A stretch of DNA of 33,654 nt from Bdellovibrionales bacterium (GTDB lineage Bacteria > Bdellovibrionota > Bdellovibrionia > Bdellovibrionales > UBA1609): the NCBI GenBank assembly GCA_020435025.1, contig JAGRAG010000091.1, positions 1 to 33,654 on the forward strand, read 5' to 3'. The number at the start of each line of letters is the position of its first letter. Position 1 is the stretch's first letter. Position numbers and translations under genes: made by a program. A model generated the notes under the pieces. It had not been told where the DNA came from. It searched no databases and saw only the letters and a program-made list of their open reading frames with translations. Positions 6,368 through 14,740 of this stretch are shown here, in pieces.

Positions 6368-8214
6368 AAAACACCAAGCTGTTCTTCCATGAGTAACCAT
6401 TCGGGTTCGTTATTCGGGAATAGAACCTTTTCCATCGTCTTTCGATGGAACCACTGTTCCTGCAGCATCGCTTTAACTCCTTGGCTCCACGGATGATCTT
6501 TTGAGTTTGTTTTGGCAAGCTCATTAAAGGTCCATTTGTCCCAGGGTAGAGGCAGAACCTCTGAGGCCTTTTGAAATAAAAAGTATCCAAATACAAATGG
6601 CTGTCGTCGATAGTTCCAAATGGGTTCTAGATAAAGAGGCATCAAATGAGGAGACTCGATCACTAAAACCTTTGATTTCCATTTTAGTATTTCCGACATC
6701 ATTTGGTTATAGCCTCTCAAGGTCATTTCCGCTGAGAGCTGGCCTGAAAAAAATTGACGAGCTTGTTGCTGAAAATTCTTCCAACTGGGAATTTTTTGAC
6801 GAAAATCTATCTGATAAACTCGTTGAAGAGAATCTAAGTACCATGGCATTTGTATCAAGGAGGCATGAATCACGGGAACGTCGAGGGGAAATTTTTGATT
6901 TAACTGGGCTTCAAGTAAAGCGAAATAGAAAAAATCAATACTCGTTATAATTAGAGTTTGCTCGTCAACAATAGCCTCAATGTTTTTTGTCCATTCCGGA
7001 AGAACAGCAGGATAGGGTCCTTTTCTTATTTGATTTCCCATTCCCACAATCACAAGTGAACTCACCAATAGGACGAGCCCTTTTCTTAAAGATTTTTGAG
7101 AAACTTTGCTATAAAAAATGGCCAACCCTAAGGTCGAAGAAATAGATAAGAGCATCCACCAAGGTAAGTAGAAGGGCCACATCATACGATCAAATCCGGC
7201 GTTGATAGATGGACTCCCCGTAAAAGGATTGTAAAAACGAATGAACTGCGAAACCAATTCTCCAGAAGCGACTAAAAAAGTCAGCAAAATCCAAGGCCAC
7301 AAGAATTTCCGTTGATTCCAAACAAAATACAGAAAAAAAGGTAGGCACAGAACATACCAATAGGGGTCTATTAAAAAAGAGTATTGATGTTGCCAATGGT
7401 AGGCGAAAAGGCTGAGGTCATTTGGTAAAGACAGGCCTTGGTATTGCTTTCGAAACACCAGGTCCAATAAAAGAGAAAAACTTTCCGGATCTCCCCAATC
7501 TAAAATAGGCTGTTGAAATGAACGGATCACCAATAATAGAAATGGGGTCAAACCTAGAATAAAGAAAAACAAAGTTTTAGCCAAGCTAGTGAGAGATCTT
7601 GTCGGACTCACCCCGAAAAAAATCCAGCAAGCAGTTCCTGCAACAATCGCTAAATATTGATAGTGTGCTGAAATCAGAATTCCTGAAAGAAATGCTATCA
7701 GATATAAATTTTTATGACTGCAAGTGGTCTGACAGAGACACCTAAAAAGCACAAAAAGATAGAGCATCAAAAAAAGAGTGCTCACACTATATTTTTCTAG
7801 ATGTGAAAATTGAGCAATAGCCAAAGGATGAAGTGCAAAAAGTAGTAAACCACAACAGATCAACAAATAAGATAAAAAAGACAACACGTGAGTTTTTTTA
7901 GCAATTTCGGTGACTATTAAATATCCAAAAGTAAATGAAAAAGCACCGCAAAGAGAAGCCATCAAGGGTCCCAGGATCTCAGTGGGTAAAGGGAGCCACT
8001 GAAAGAGGAGAGAAAACAGGACAAACAAAGGGTAACCAGGAGGGTTTAAGAGGCTTCCCGTTTGAAAGGCGACATTGGCCAAAGCATTTGTTCCCGGAAT
8101 CGAGTAGGGAGTCGCTTGCCACCAAAACCAAAGAAAGCTCGTCAACCAGATGAATGCAGCAAAAAATAAACGCATACACATATAGTACCTGAATGATGCA
8201 AAGAGGGTACTCAT
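6364..8214 (-). CDS. Large polytopic membrane protein, GT-C-fold glycosyltransferase-like (resembles the DUF2723/TMEM260-like family)
   Basis: 616 aa with many predicted TM helices in the first ~400 aa, followed by a soluble C-terminal domain. The early loop motif ...GSLLNPPGYPLF... resembles the HPPGYPL-type loop I recall in DUF2723/PMT-like GT-C enzymes. The family assignment is from memory only. Confidence 0.5.
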   Translation of the reverse strand: MSTLFASFRYYMCMRLFFAAFIWLTSFLWFWWQATPYSIPGTNALANVAFQTGSLLNPPGYPLFVLFSLLFQWLPLPTEILGPLMASLCGAFSFTFGYLIVTEIAKKTHVLSFLSYLLICCGLLLFALHPLAIAQFSHLEKYSVSTLFLMLYLFVLFRCLCQTTCSHKNLYLIAFLSGILISAHYQYLAIVAGTACWIFFGVSPTRSLTSLAKTLFFFILGLTPFLLLVIRSFQQPILDWGDPESFSLLLDLVFRKQYQGLSLPNDLSLFAYHWQHQYSFLIDPYWYVLCLPFFLYFVWNQRKFLWPWILLTFLVASGELVSQFIRFYNPFTGSPSINAGFDRMMWPFYLPWWMLLSISSTLGLAIFYSKVSQKSLRKGLVLLVSSLVIVGMGNQIRKGPYPAVLPEWTKNIEAIVDEQTLIITSIDFFYFALLEAQLNQKFPLDVPVIHASLIQMPWYLDSLQRVYQIDFRQKIPSWKNFQQQARQFFSGQLSAEMTLRGYNQMMSEILKWKSKVLVIESPHLMPLYLEPIWNYRRQPFVFGYFLFQKASEVLPLPWDKWTFNELAKTNSKDHPWSQGVKAMLQEQWFHRKTMEKVLFPNNEPEWLLMEEQLGVF

Positions 8215-8465
8215 CTTAAAAAATAAATGTCATTGTGCTACTACGATTTTTAGAAAATGCTAGGGACTTTCTTGAAATTGTTATGAAAAGGGCGTTCTAT
8301 AAGTTCGTTCTTGAAATGATCGTCAACAAAAGGTTCCCTCTCTTTCGTAAGTCTGCGTTATTTTAAATAAATTTCCTATTCGACTGGTTTTCACCTTGTT
8401 GCCGCAGAGTTGCTTAAAAAAAGATATTGGTACTCGAATTCCAAAAAATAGAATAGGTCGATGGC

Positions 8466-9788
8466 ATGCAAATTCCCATGTTTTTAAAAACCCAGCCACC
8501 CGCTTCGGTGACGGTGAGCGATCCTGTTGTTGTCAAAAAGCTCTATCGACTTTGGCGCTTTCGGGTTTTTATTGCCATGTTTATCGGGTATGCGGCTTTT
8601 TATTTGGTTCGAAAGAATCTCAATGCTTCATCGGCTGATATAAAATCGGCCTTTCAACTCTCCAATGCGGAATTCGGCGCTATTTTTTCGGCATGGTCGT
8701 TGGTTTACGGTGTGGGAAAGTTTACAAACGGGATTCTGGCCGATCGGGCTAATTTAAGATATCTCATGGCCTTTGGATTGTTGGCCTCTGCAGTCACGAA
8801 TGTTCTTTTTGGACTGAGTTCGACTCTTGTCCTATTCATTCTATTTTGGTCTTTCAATGGGTACTTTCAAGCTTTGGGTTGGCCACCCTGTGCCCGTGGG
8901 TTAACACAGTGGTTTAGCAAAACCGAAAGAGGAACCTATTGGGGTTTATGGAATGCTTCGCACCAGATTGGTGGTTCCATCATCTTGGTTTTAGCCGCGT
9001 GGCTTTCGACAGAATTCGGATGGCGTTCTAGCTTCTTTATCCCGGCAGGTATTGTAGCGCTCGTTTCTCTTTTTTTAATTTGGAATCTACGAGACAATCC
9101 TCCTTCTTTGGGATTGCCCTCCGTGGAAAGTCAATATGGCAATCAAGAGACTCAGCAAGAAGAGCACTTTGAAACACAGCACGAAAAGAGTCAGTGGCAG
9201 CTCATTAAAGAAGTTTTAGAAAATAAAGAAGTGTGGCTTCTCTCCGTCGGCAATGTATTTGTCTATATTGTTCGCTGGGGCATTTTAAATTGGTCGATCA
9301 TCTATTTGGTCACGGCAAAGGGGTTTTCAAAAATGGAAGCTTCTGGGGCTTTAGCAGGCTTTGAGATCTGGGGTATTCTCGGCGCCTTACTTGCAGGATG
9401 GCTTTCTGATCGTTTTTTTTCTCGCAATAGAGGAACATTGAATGCTCTATATATGGGAGTTCTTTCTCTTACGCTTTTGCTTTTTTGGCTAAACCCTGGA
9501 GGCACCGTTTGGTTTGAAGCGACGATGCTATTTGCCGCTGGTTTTTTTGTTTACGGTCCACAAATGTTGGTCGGTGTCTGTGCCGCAGATACCGTTAGAC
9601 GTTCCCAAGCGGCGACTGCGACAGGACTCACGGGACTTTTCGGATATGTATTTGGAGCGACAGCTTCAGGTCTAGGTGCTGGATGGGTGGTGGATCACTA
9701 CGGTTGGACAGGAGGATTTGTCTTTTTTATTTCCTGTGCACTGATTGGTATGGTCCTTTTCCTTTTGTATCGTCCTCAACATGAGTAG
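8466..9788 (+). CDS. MFS organophosphate:phosphate antiporter (GlpT/UhpT/UhpC/PgtP family)
   Basis: Colinear with E. coli GlpT as I recall it: YRLWRFRVFIAMFIGYAAFYLVRKN, ADRANLR, GWPPCARGLTQWFSKTERGTYWGLWNASHQIGG, NVFVYIVRWGILNWS, SDRFFSRNRG, YGPQMLVG, ATGLTGLFGY. The substrate (G3P versus hexose-P) cannot be decided by eye. Confidence 0.9.
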   Translation: MQIPMFLKTQPPASVTVSDPVVVKKLYRLWRFRVFIAMFIGYAAFYLVRKNLNASSADIKSAFQLSNAEFGAIFSAWSLVYGVGKFTNGILADRANLRYLMAFGLLASAVTNVLFGLSSTLVLFILFWSFNGYFQALGWPPCARGLTQWFSKTERGTYWGLWNASHQIGGSIILVLAAWLSTEFGWRSSFFIPAGIVALVSLFLIWNLRDNPPSLGLPSVESQYGNQETQQEEHFETQHEKSQWQLIKEVLENKEVWLLSVGNVFVYIVRWGILNWSIIYLVTAKGFSKMEASGALAGFEIWGILGALLAGWLSDRFFSRNRGTLNALYMGVLSLTLLLFWLNPGGTVWFEATMLFAAGFFVYGPQMLVGVCAADTVRRSQAATATGLTGLFGYVFGATASGLGAGWVVDHYGWTGGFVFFISCALIGMVLFLLYRPQHE

Positions 9789-9841
9789 CATAAAATTTTC
9801 CAAACTTTTCAAATTCCAGAACTATCTTTTGCGGCTTAAAT

Positions 9842-9869
9842 CTCTTTAATGATATGGAGCATTAAAGAG
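9842..9869 (+). promoter_or_regulatory. 10-bp perfect hairpin whose 3' arm overlaps the Shine-Dalgarno of the first gene of the polysaccharide operon
   Basis: ctctttaatg (9842-9851), loop atatggag (9852-9859), cattaaagag (9860-9869). The purine-rich SD tract aagaggaggg spans 9865-9874, upstream of GTG 9877. No T-tract follows the hairpin. Confidence 0.35.
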
Positions 9870-9876
9870 GAGGGTC

Positions 9877-10656
9877 GTGAAGTTGCTGTGGATGGGTAGA
9901 GCCCTAGAAAGAGTGAGCATTATCTTATGGATGAGTGTGGTCCTGCCTGCCGTAGGTTCTCCTAAATATGAATTTTACAGCCAGTCTTACTACTCCAGCC
10001 GCTACGACAATTTTATCATCGATGGCAAACTCAACTGGATGTTCCCAGAAACATTAGGTGTCAGCCCCTATATAGGGATTTCCCTCAGTCAAGACAGTCT
10101 TTCTGATGAGACTTTCATTTATAATGAAAACTACCAGGCTCTACAAATAGGTCTGCGTTCAAAAAACTTCTTATCCAGTTACCTCTTTGTCGAAGGTCGC
10201 CAGTTAGCGGTTCAATCAGAGTCTAAGGTTATTCAAGATCGATCCCAACAAGACCTTCGCAGCGGAGGAGTTCATTATCATTGGCTCGACTTAAATTGGT
10301 TGTCCGCCTATCAAACCTATTTAGAATCCTATGGAGAGTTCTTTCATAGCACTCGCTTGAACGACCTTTTTTTGAATGTAATTTTAAGAGGGGGCCTCAC
10401 CACAAATCTCTCTTCTCAATGGACATTCGGTCCTTATTTCGCTGTTCAGTTGAAAAGAGATCGATCGGGTTTTTTTTATGAAAATAGTGATGAATGGCGC
10501 TCTGGAGTACGCACTGCCTACCAAGGGATCTCCCTTTATACCATGGTCTTTCTTACCTATGGAGAAGGACGTTATCGGCCAACGACAGGACAACAACCCC
10601 GCTCTCTTAATTTTGAAGAGACTCGAGCCCTCATAGCCATCGGAGGACATTGGTGA
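9877..10656 (+). CDS. Small predicted outer-membrane beta-barrel protein (possible exporter/NfrA-C-terminal analogue)
   Basis: Signal-like N-terminus (…IILWMSVVLPAVGS). Alternating aromatic/polar beta-strand-like pattern rich in Y/G/S/R, with a C-terminal ...ALIAIGGHW ending in an aromatic residue as in many OMPs. Its stop overlaps the next gene's ATG (TGATG). The start could be GTG 9877 or TTG 9883. Confidence 0.5.
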   Translation: MKLLWMGRALERVSIILWMSVVLPAVGSPKYEFYSQSYYSSRYDNFIIDGKLNWMFPETLGVSPYIGISLSQDSLSDETFIYNENYQALQIGLRSKNFLSSYLFVEGRQLAVQSESKVIQDRSQQDLRSGGVHYHWLDLNWLSAYQTYLESYGEFFHSTRLNDLFLNVILRGGLTTNLSSQWTFGPYFAVQLKRDRSGFFYENSDEWRSGVRTAYQGISLYTMVFLTYGEGRYRPTTGQQPRSLNFEETRALIAIGGHW

Positions 10657-12059
10657 TGGACCACTTTCTTCTGATTGATTGGGGACTCTACGCCATGATG
10701 GTTCTGGCCCTTCTTTTTTGTTTTTTCGGGATAGATGATTCCTTTATAGATTTCTGGTCGATCTTTAAAAAATTAGGACCAACCCTTATTAAGGATTCCG
10801 ACTGGTATTGGATCTCCTCTCTATCTGAGAAGCGCATTCTTATTTTAGTGGCTAACTGGCAGGAAGAAAATGTTTTAGAGGCCATGATCCAAGGCAACAT
10901 AAGTGGGATTGATTATCATAATTATCAATTTCTTTTAGGTGTTTATCCGAATGATTTTAAGACAAAAGAAATTGCAGAAAGGCTGGCTCAACAGTTTTCG
11001 CAAGTGCAGGTGATCGTCAATCCTCAAGACGGTCCGACCTCGAAAGGTCAGATGCTCAATGCCGTTCTTGATTCTATTTTTAAAAGTTCTGAACCCTATG
11101 ATGCCATTGTGATTCATGATGCTGAAGATGTGATTCATTCAGACGCTTTAAAACTGATCAATTGGCAATTAGATAAATTTGATTTCATTCAAATTCCAGT
11201 GTTTTCTTTAATACGGTCCTGGTGGCAATTGGTCGGTGGAACCTATATGGATGAGTTCGCCGAATCTCACACCAAAGATATGTTGGTGCGCAGTTCGCTC
11301 AAGGCCGCAATTCCGTCAGCGGGAGTGGGAACCGCCTTGAGCCGGAAGTTGGTTACGGAGTATTTAAAAAAAGAAACACTTTTTTCTCCCCATAATCTGA
11401 CAGAGGACTACTATCTTGGAATTCAATCCCATCTCAGAGGTTTTCCCGCGACCTTTGCTTGTTTTCAGAAAGACGATCCTCATAATTTCATAGCCACTCG
11501 AGAGTACTTCCCAAATAAAGTGCGGCAATCCGTTCGACAGAAGTCGCGATGGACTTTGGGTATAGCTTTGCAAAGTTTGCAGCAATTAGGATGGCAAGGC
11601 AGCGTCGCTAATCTTTATTTTTTGTACAGAGACCGCAAGAGTCCTTTGTCGAACTTTGTTTTGCTACTTGGAATGGGAACTTTTATTGTAGGCGTTTTTC
11701 TTTATTTGCTGACCCCTGGATTTTTAGTACAGACTCAGGATCACTTTCTATCTGAACATCTTGTGACTTATGAGATTTTTGTTGGGTTATCGATGGCCTG
11801 TTTTGCCTTTATGACTTTGCGTTGGGTGCAGAGGTTTCGGGCTGCTTATAGAGTTTATGGTCTTCGTCATAGTTGGGTCTCTCCCATTCGACTTCTCGTG
11901 GGTAATTACATTGCTGTTCTTTCTTCCACTTCAGCAATGGGGCAATTCATCAAAAACCGTATAAAGGGAACTGTACCTCTGTGGCAAAAGACCTTGCACG
12001 AAATTCCAAATGAGTTTGGAAGAGTCTCTGAGAAAAAAGAACCCATTTCGTCAAGATAG
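10656..12059 (+). CDS. nfrB: NfrB-type processive family-2 glycosyltransferase (exopolysaccharide synthase), lacking the C-terminal MshEN-type domain
   Basis: Colinear with E. coli NfrB as I recall it: GIDDSFIDF, VANWQEENV, YHNYQFLLGVYPND, GPTSKGQMLNAVLD, HDAEDV (nt 11118-11129 = DAED), IQIPVF, YMDEFAESHTKD, IPSAGVGTALSR, LTEDYYLG, REYFP..VRQSVRQKSRW (RQKSRW = nt 11535-11552), LYRDRKSPLSNF, W.KT.H..P. There are TM segments at the N-terminus and after the catalytic domain. ATG 10656 is preferred over TTG 10650, with GGAGGA at 10642-10647. Confidence 0.85.
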   Translation: MDHFLLIDWGLYAMMVLALLFCFFGIDDSFIDFWSIFKKLGPTLIKDSDWYWISSLSEKRILILVANWQEENVLEAMIQGNISGIDYHNYQFLLGVYPNDFKTKEIAERLAQQFSQVQVIVNPQDGPTSKGQMLNAVLDSIFKSSEPYDAIVIHDAEDVIHSDALKLINWQLDKFDFIQIPVFSLIRSWWQLVGGTYMDEFAESHTKDMLVRSSLKAAIPSAGVGTALSRKLVTEYLKKETLFSPHNLTEDYYLGIQSHLRGFPATFACFQKDDPHNFIATREYFPNKVRQSVRQKSRWTLGIALQSLQQLGWQGSVANLYFLYRDRKSPLSNFVLLLGMGTFIVGVFLYLLTPGFLVQTQDHFLSEHLVTYEIFVGLSMACFAFMTLRWVQRFRAAYRVYGLRHSWVSPIRLLVGNYIAVLSSTSAMGQFIKNRIKGTVPLWQKTLHEIPNEFGRVSEKKEPISSR

Positions 12060-12160
12060 AACCATTAGCCGTCCTGGATTTAAGAAAAATGTACATTTGT
12101 TTTTTCGAATATTGAAGCGGAGCAGAAAAACTGCTATTTCGAACTTCGACCCGGGGGTTA

Positions 12161-13420
12161 TTGGTGAAGAAGTTAGTTGTACTCATTTGGGGCACACGAC
12201 CAGAAGTGATTAAGATCGCTCCGGTTTATCTTGAGTTAAAAAGGCGCTCCGACCTGAGGATTCTCAATGTGATGACTGGTCAACACAGAGAACTTCTAAG
12301 AGGTCTGATTGAGCTGTTTGAGCTAGAATCGATAATAGATTTAGGGATTCACCACAAATCAGACTTGTCACAGTTTTCCGCGCAACTCATCCAGTCTCTT
12401 CAAGAAAAGGTTTTTAATCAATTTTCGGTAGATCTTGTCTATGTCCAAGGTGATACGACAACAGCTATGAACGCCGCTTTGGTTGCATTTTACAATAGAG
12501 TTCCCGTCGCGCACATTGAAGCCGGCTTAAGAACCTATGACAGCTATTCACCTTTTCCCGAAGAGATGAATCGACAGTTGATTTCTCGTATGGCTCGATG
12601 GAGTTTTTGTCCTACAAAAGGGGCAAAAGAGAATCTATTGAAGGAAGGATATCCCGAATCTCAAGCGCTAGTTACGGGAAACACCGTTGTAGATGCTTTA
12701 CGACGAGTTCGAAAACAGACTTTGTCCGATAGATATATTTCTGAAGTTCTTCCTGAGGAGTCGCCAGATCTTTTTCAACTTTTTAAAGATGGTCCTCTAA
12801 AAATAGCCTCTTGCCTGAAAGCTCTTGTGACCTTTCATCGAAGGGAAAGTCTGGCAAGTGGGGTTCATGAAGTTTTTTCGGCGATTGTCGAGATTGCTCA
12901 AAAGAACAAAGATGTCCATTTTATTTTTCCCGTACACTTAAATCCAAAAGTCGCACAGTCAGCAACGTTGTACTTTCAGCACATTGATAATGTTCATTTA
13001 CTGCCACCGTTAAGTTACAGACCGATGATTTTTCTTTTCGACCAAGTGGACTTTGCACTATCTGATTCCGGGGGCCTTCAGGAAGAATTCCCAGAGATGC
13101 AAAAACCCCTTTTGATTTTAAGGGCCAATACCGAGCGACCAGAGGTGGTTCACTTAGGACTGGCACGTCTTATTGGAACACATAAGAAAAATGTCATATT
13201 TGAAACTGAATCCCTACTCACTGCGCTTCGAAAAAATGAAGCACCCCATTGGTTTCGCCAAGCACCCAATCCCTATGGAGATGGATTGGCCTCTCAGAGA
13301 ATTGTAGAATGTTGCTTTCCAATTGATTTACAGGCAAGTTCCCTTCAAGAGCCTATAAATGAAAACTTATTACATGGCCTCAATCAAGACTCTCTTAATT
13401 TCACAGTACAGACACTATAA
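12161..13420 (+). CDS. wecB: UDP-N-acetylglucosamine 2-epimerase (non-hydrolysing)
   Basis: VLIWGTRPEVIKIAPV, VQGDTTTAMNAALVAFYNRVPVAHIEAGLRTYD..SPFPEEMNRQLISRMA, TGNTVVDAL, HRRES, PVHLNP, SDSGGLQEE, ERPE and NPYGDG are all hallmark WecB/MnaA motifs in the canonical order. The start is TTG 12161 or GTG 12164. Confidence 0.9.
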   Translation: MVKKLVVLIWGTRPEVIKIAPVYLELKRRSDLRILNVMTGQHRELLRGLIELFELESIIDLGIHHKSDLSQFSAQLIQSLQEKVFNQFSVDLVYVQGDTTTAMNAALVAFYNRVPVAHIEAGLRTYDSYSPFPEEMNRQLISRMARWSFCPTKGAKENLLKEGYPESQALVTGNTVVDALRRVRKQTLSDRYISEVLPEESPDLFQLFKDGPLKIASCLKALVTFHRRESLASGVHEVFSAIVEIAQKNKDVHFIFPVHLNPKVAQSATLYFQHIDNVHLLPPLSYRPMIFLFDQVDFALSDSGGLQEEFPEMQKPLLILRANTERPEVVHLGLARLIGTHKKNVIFETESLLTALRKNEAPHWFRQAPNPYGDGLASQRIVECCFPIDLQASSLQEPINENLLHGLNQDSLNFTVQTL

Positions 13421-13422
13421 GG

Positions 13423-14739
13423 ATGACTATGAAAAACTATTTTGTATTTCTGTTGACTCTCATTTCATGCATTTCTATTTCCGCCTCGGCTCGTGAAGTG
13501 CGTGGATTTAATCTGATAGAAGATGCCGGTTTTTTTTATGATGCCAATCTAAAGGCCACAAAAATCCATGAAAAGACACAAGCGCAAGTGACAGTAGACC
13601 GAGCCAAACTTTTGGGAGCCAATCATATTATTCTTAATCCCAGAGCCACGATGCTAGGTCCCTATAGCAACGATGTAAGACCGTTGACTAAGGGAATTCA
13701 GGTGAGCAAGGAGTACAGATCTTATCTGCGTCTTATTGAATACATCCGTTCGATAGGAATGACTGTGGGAATTCGTCCGATTCTGTTTGTGGTGAATAAA
13801 GAAGGAAAAACGCCATATATTGAAAAACGAACCGATGGCAGCGAAAAAATCTGGTGGCATGGTAATATTCAACCTTCAGATCCAAATGCTTGGTTTGAGT
13901 CGTTTCGCCTTTACATTGAGATGTATCTACGTATTGCTAAAAAGGCCCAGATCGAAGAATTTACGATTGGAGCCGAACTTTATAGTATGACGGTCGGAAT
14001 TGAGGACCAATGGCTCGCGCACCCCCATGGTTTTCCTTTGCAGTGGGAAAAAATTGTAGATCTTGTTCGAGGCTCGCTTCCTAAAGCTCGTATTATGTAT
14101 GATATCAATTTCACGGACGACAGCAATGTCAGTGGAGGACTGGGCAATACGGGCGGTGAATTGGAACGTTGGCGCTATCGACTTGTCGACTTAGGACCGC
14201 CTTTAGATCCTGGAGATCGTATCCGCTGGGAGCAAGATCCTAATGGCAAACCTATTTGGGATCATCTGGTTCGTTTTTGGAAAAAATTGGATGCCGTCGG
14301 AATCGATATGTATCGATCGTTAGCTAGTGAGTCGGATGAGATCCCTGACAACTATAGACAGCTTGTCTCTCTTTTATCTTCTCGATCGGATCGATATGCA
14401 TTGCAGCTGGAGCTGGCTTTAGCTGAAATCGAAGATTCTTTGGGCGAAGCCAAGCCTGTTATGTTTAAAGAGATAGGTTACAAAAGTGTGGAAAAAGGTT
14501 TTATTGATCCCTTCTCCTATGAAAAGCAGACAACAGATGTCAATTTAGAGCATCAAGCGGCCGCTTATGAAGCCTTTTTTAAGTCGTTTTGGGAGCCCGA
14601 GTGGACTTGGTTTTATGGAGTGAGTTTTTGGGACATTTCAACGAGCTTGTCCCGCAGTGGGGAATTGGATGCAGGGTTCAGTCCTTTGGGCAAACCCCTA
14701 ACGGAAAACGTAATAAAAAAATATTATTTGAGTCAGTGA
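13423..14739 (+). CDS. Secreted TIM-barrel glycoside-hydrolase-like protein (clan GH-A-like; family not assignable by eye)
   Basis: Signal peptide (MKNYFVFLLTLISCISISASA). The pattern is consistent with a (beta/alpha)8 retaining glycosidase: a candidate acid/base Glu in EEFTIGAELYS, a candidate nucleophile Glu in VMFKEIGYKS, and aromatic-rich strand ends (WWHGN, FWD). Confidence 0.45.
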   Translation: MTMKNYFVFLLTLISCISISASAREVRGFNLIEDAGFFYDANLKATKIHEKTQAQVTVDRAKLLGANHIILNPRATMLGPYSNDVRPLTKGIQVSKEYRSYLRLIEYIRSIGMTVGIRPILFVVNKEGKTPYIEKRTDGSEKIWWHGNIQPSDPNAWFESFRLYIEMYLRIAKKAQIEEFTIGAELYSMTVGIEDQWLAHPHGFPLQWEKIVDLVRGSLPKARIMYDINFTDDSNVSGGLGNTGGELERWRYRLVDLGPPLDPGDRIRWEQDPNGKPIWDHLVRFWKKLDAVGIDMYRSLASESDEIPDNYRQLVSLLSSRSDRYALQLELALAEIEDSLGEAKPVMFKEIGYKSVEKGFIDPFSYEKQTTDVNLEHQAAAYEAFFKSFWEPEWTWFYGVSFWDISTSLSRSGELDAGFSPLGKPLTENVIKKYYLSQ

Positions 14740-14740
14740 A

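Noticed and set aside
6597-8179. Several plus/minus small ORFs (6345-6596, 6597-6950, 7190-7396, 7935-8153, 7979-8179) overlapping the 616-aa membrane protein gene.
   Set aside because: The 6364-8214 minus-strand ORF is continuous, hydrophobic-periodic and explains the whole interval. The small ORFs lack starts with RBS and look like shadows.
8466-9788. Including the GlpT/UhpC-type transporter in the polysaccharide system.
   Set aside because: It is separated from the operon by an 88-bp spacer containing a hairpin and an independent strong RBS, and organophosphate antiporters have no known role in EPS synthesis. Co-directionality alone is insufficient.
12010-12213. 67-aa ORF bridging the GT2-wecB spacer (and antisense 11950-12195).
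   Set aside because: It overlaps the 3' end of the GT2 gene and the 5' end of wecB in other frames, is highly basic and low-complexity, and has no RBS. The 101-nt spacer is more likely an internal operon spacer or promoter.
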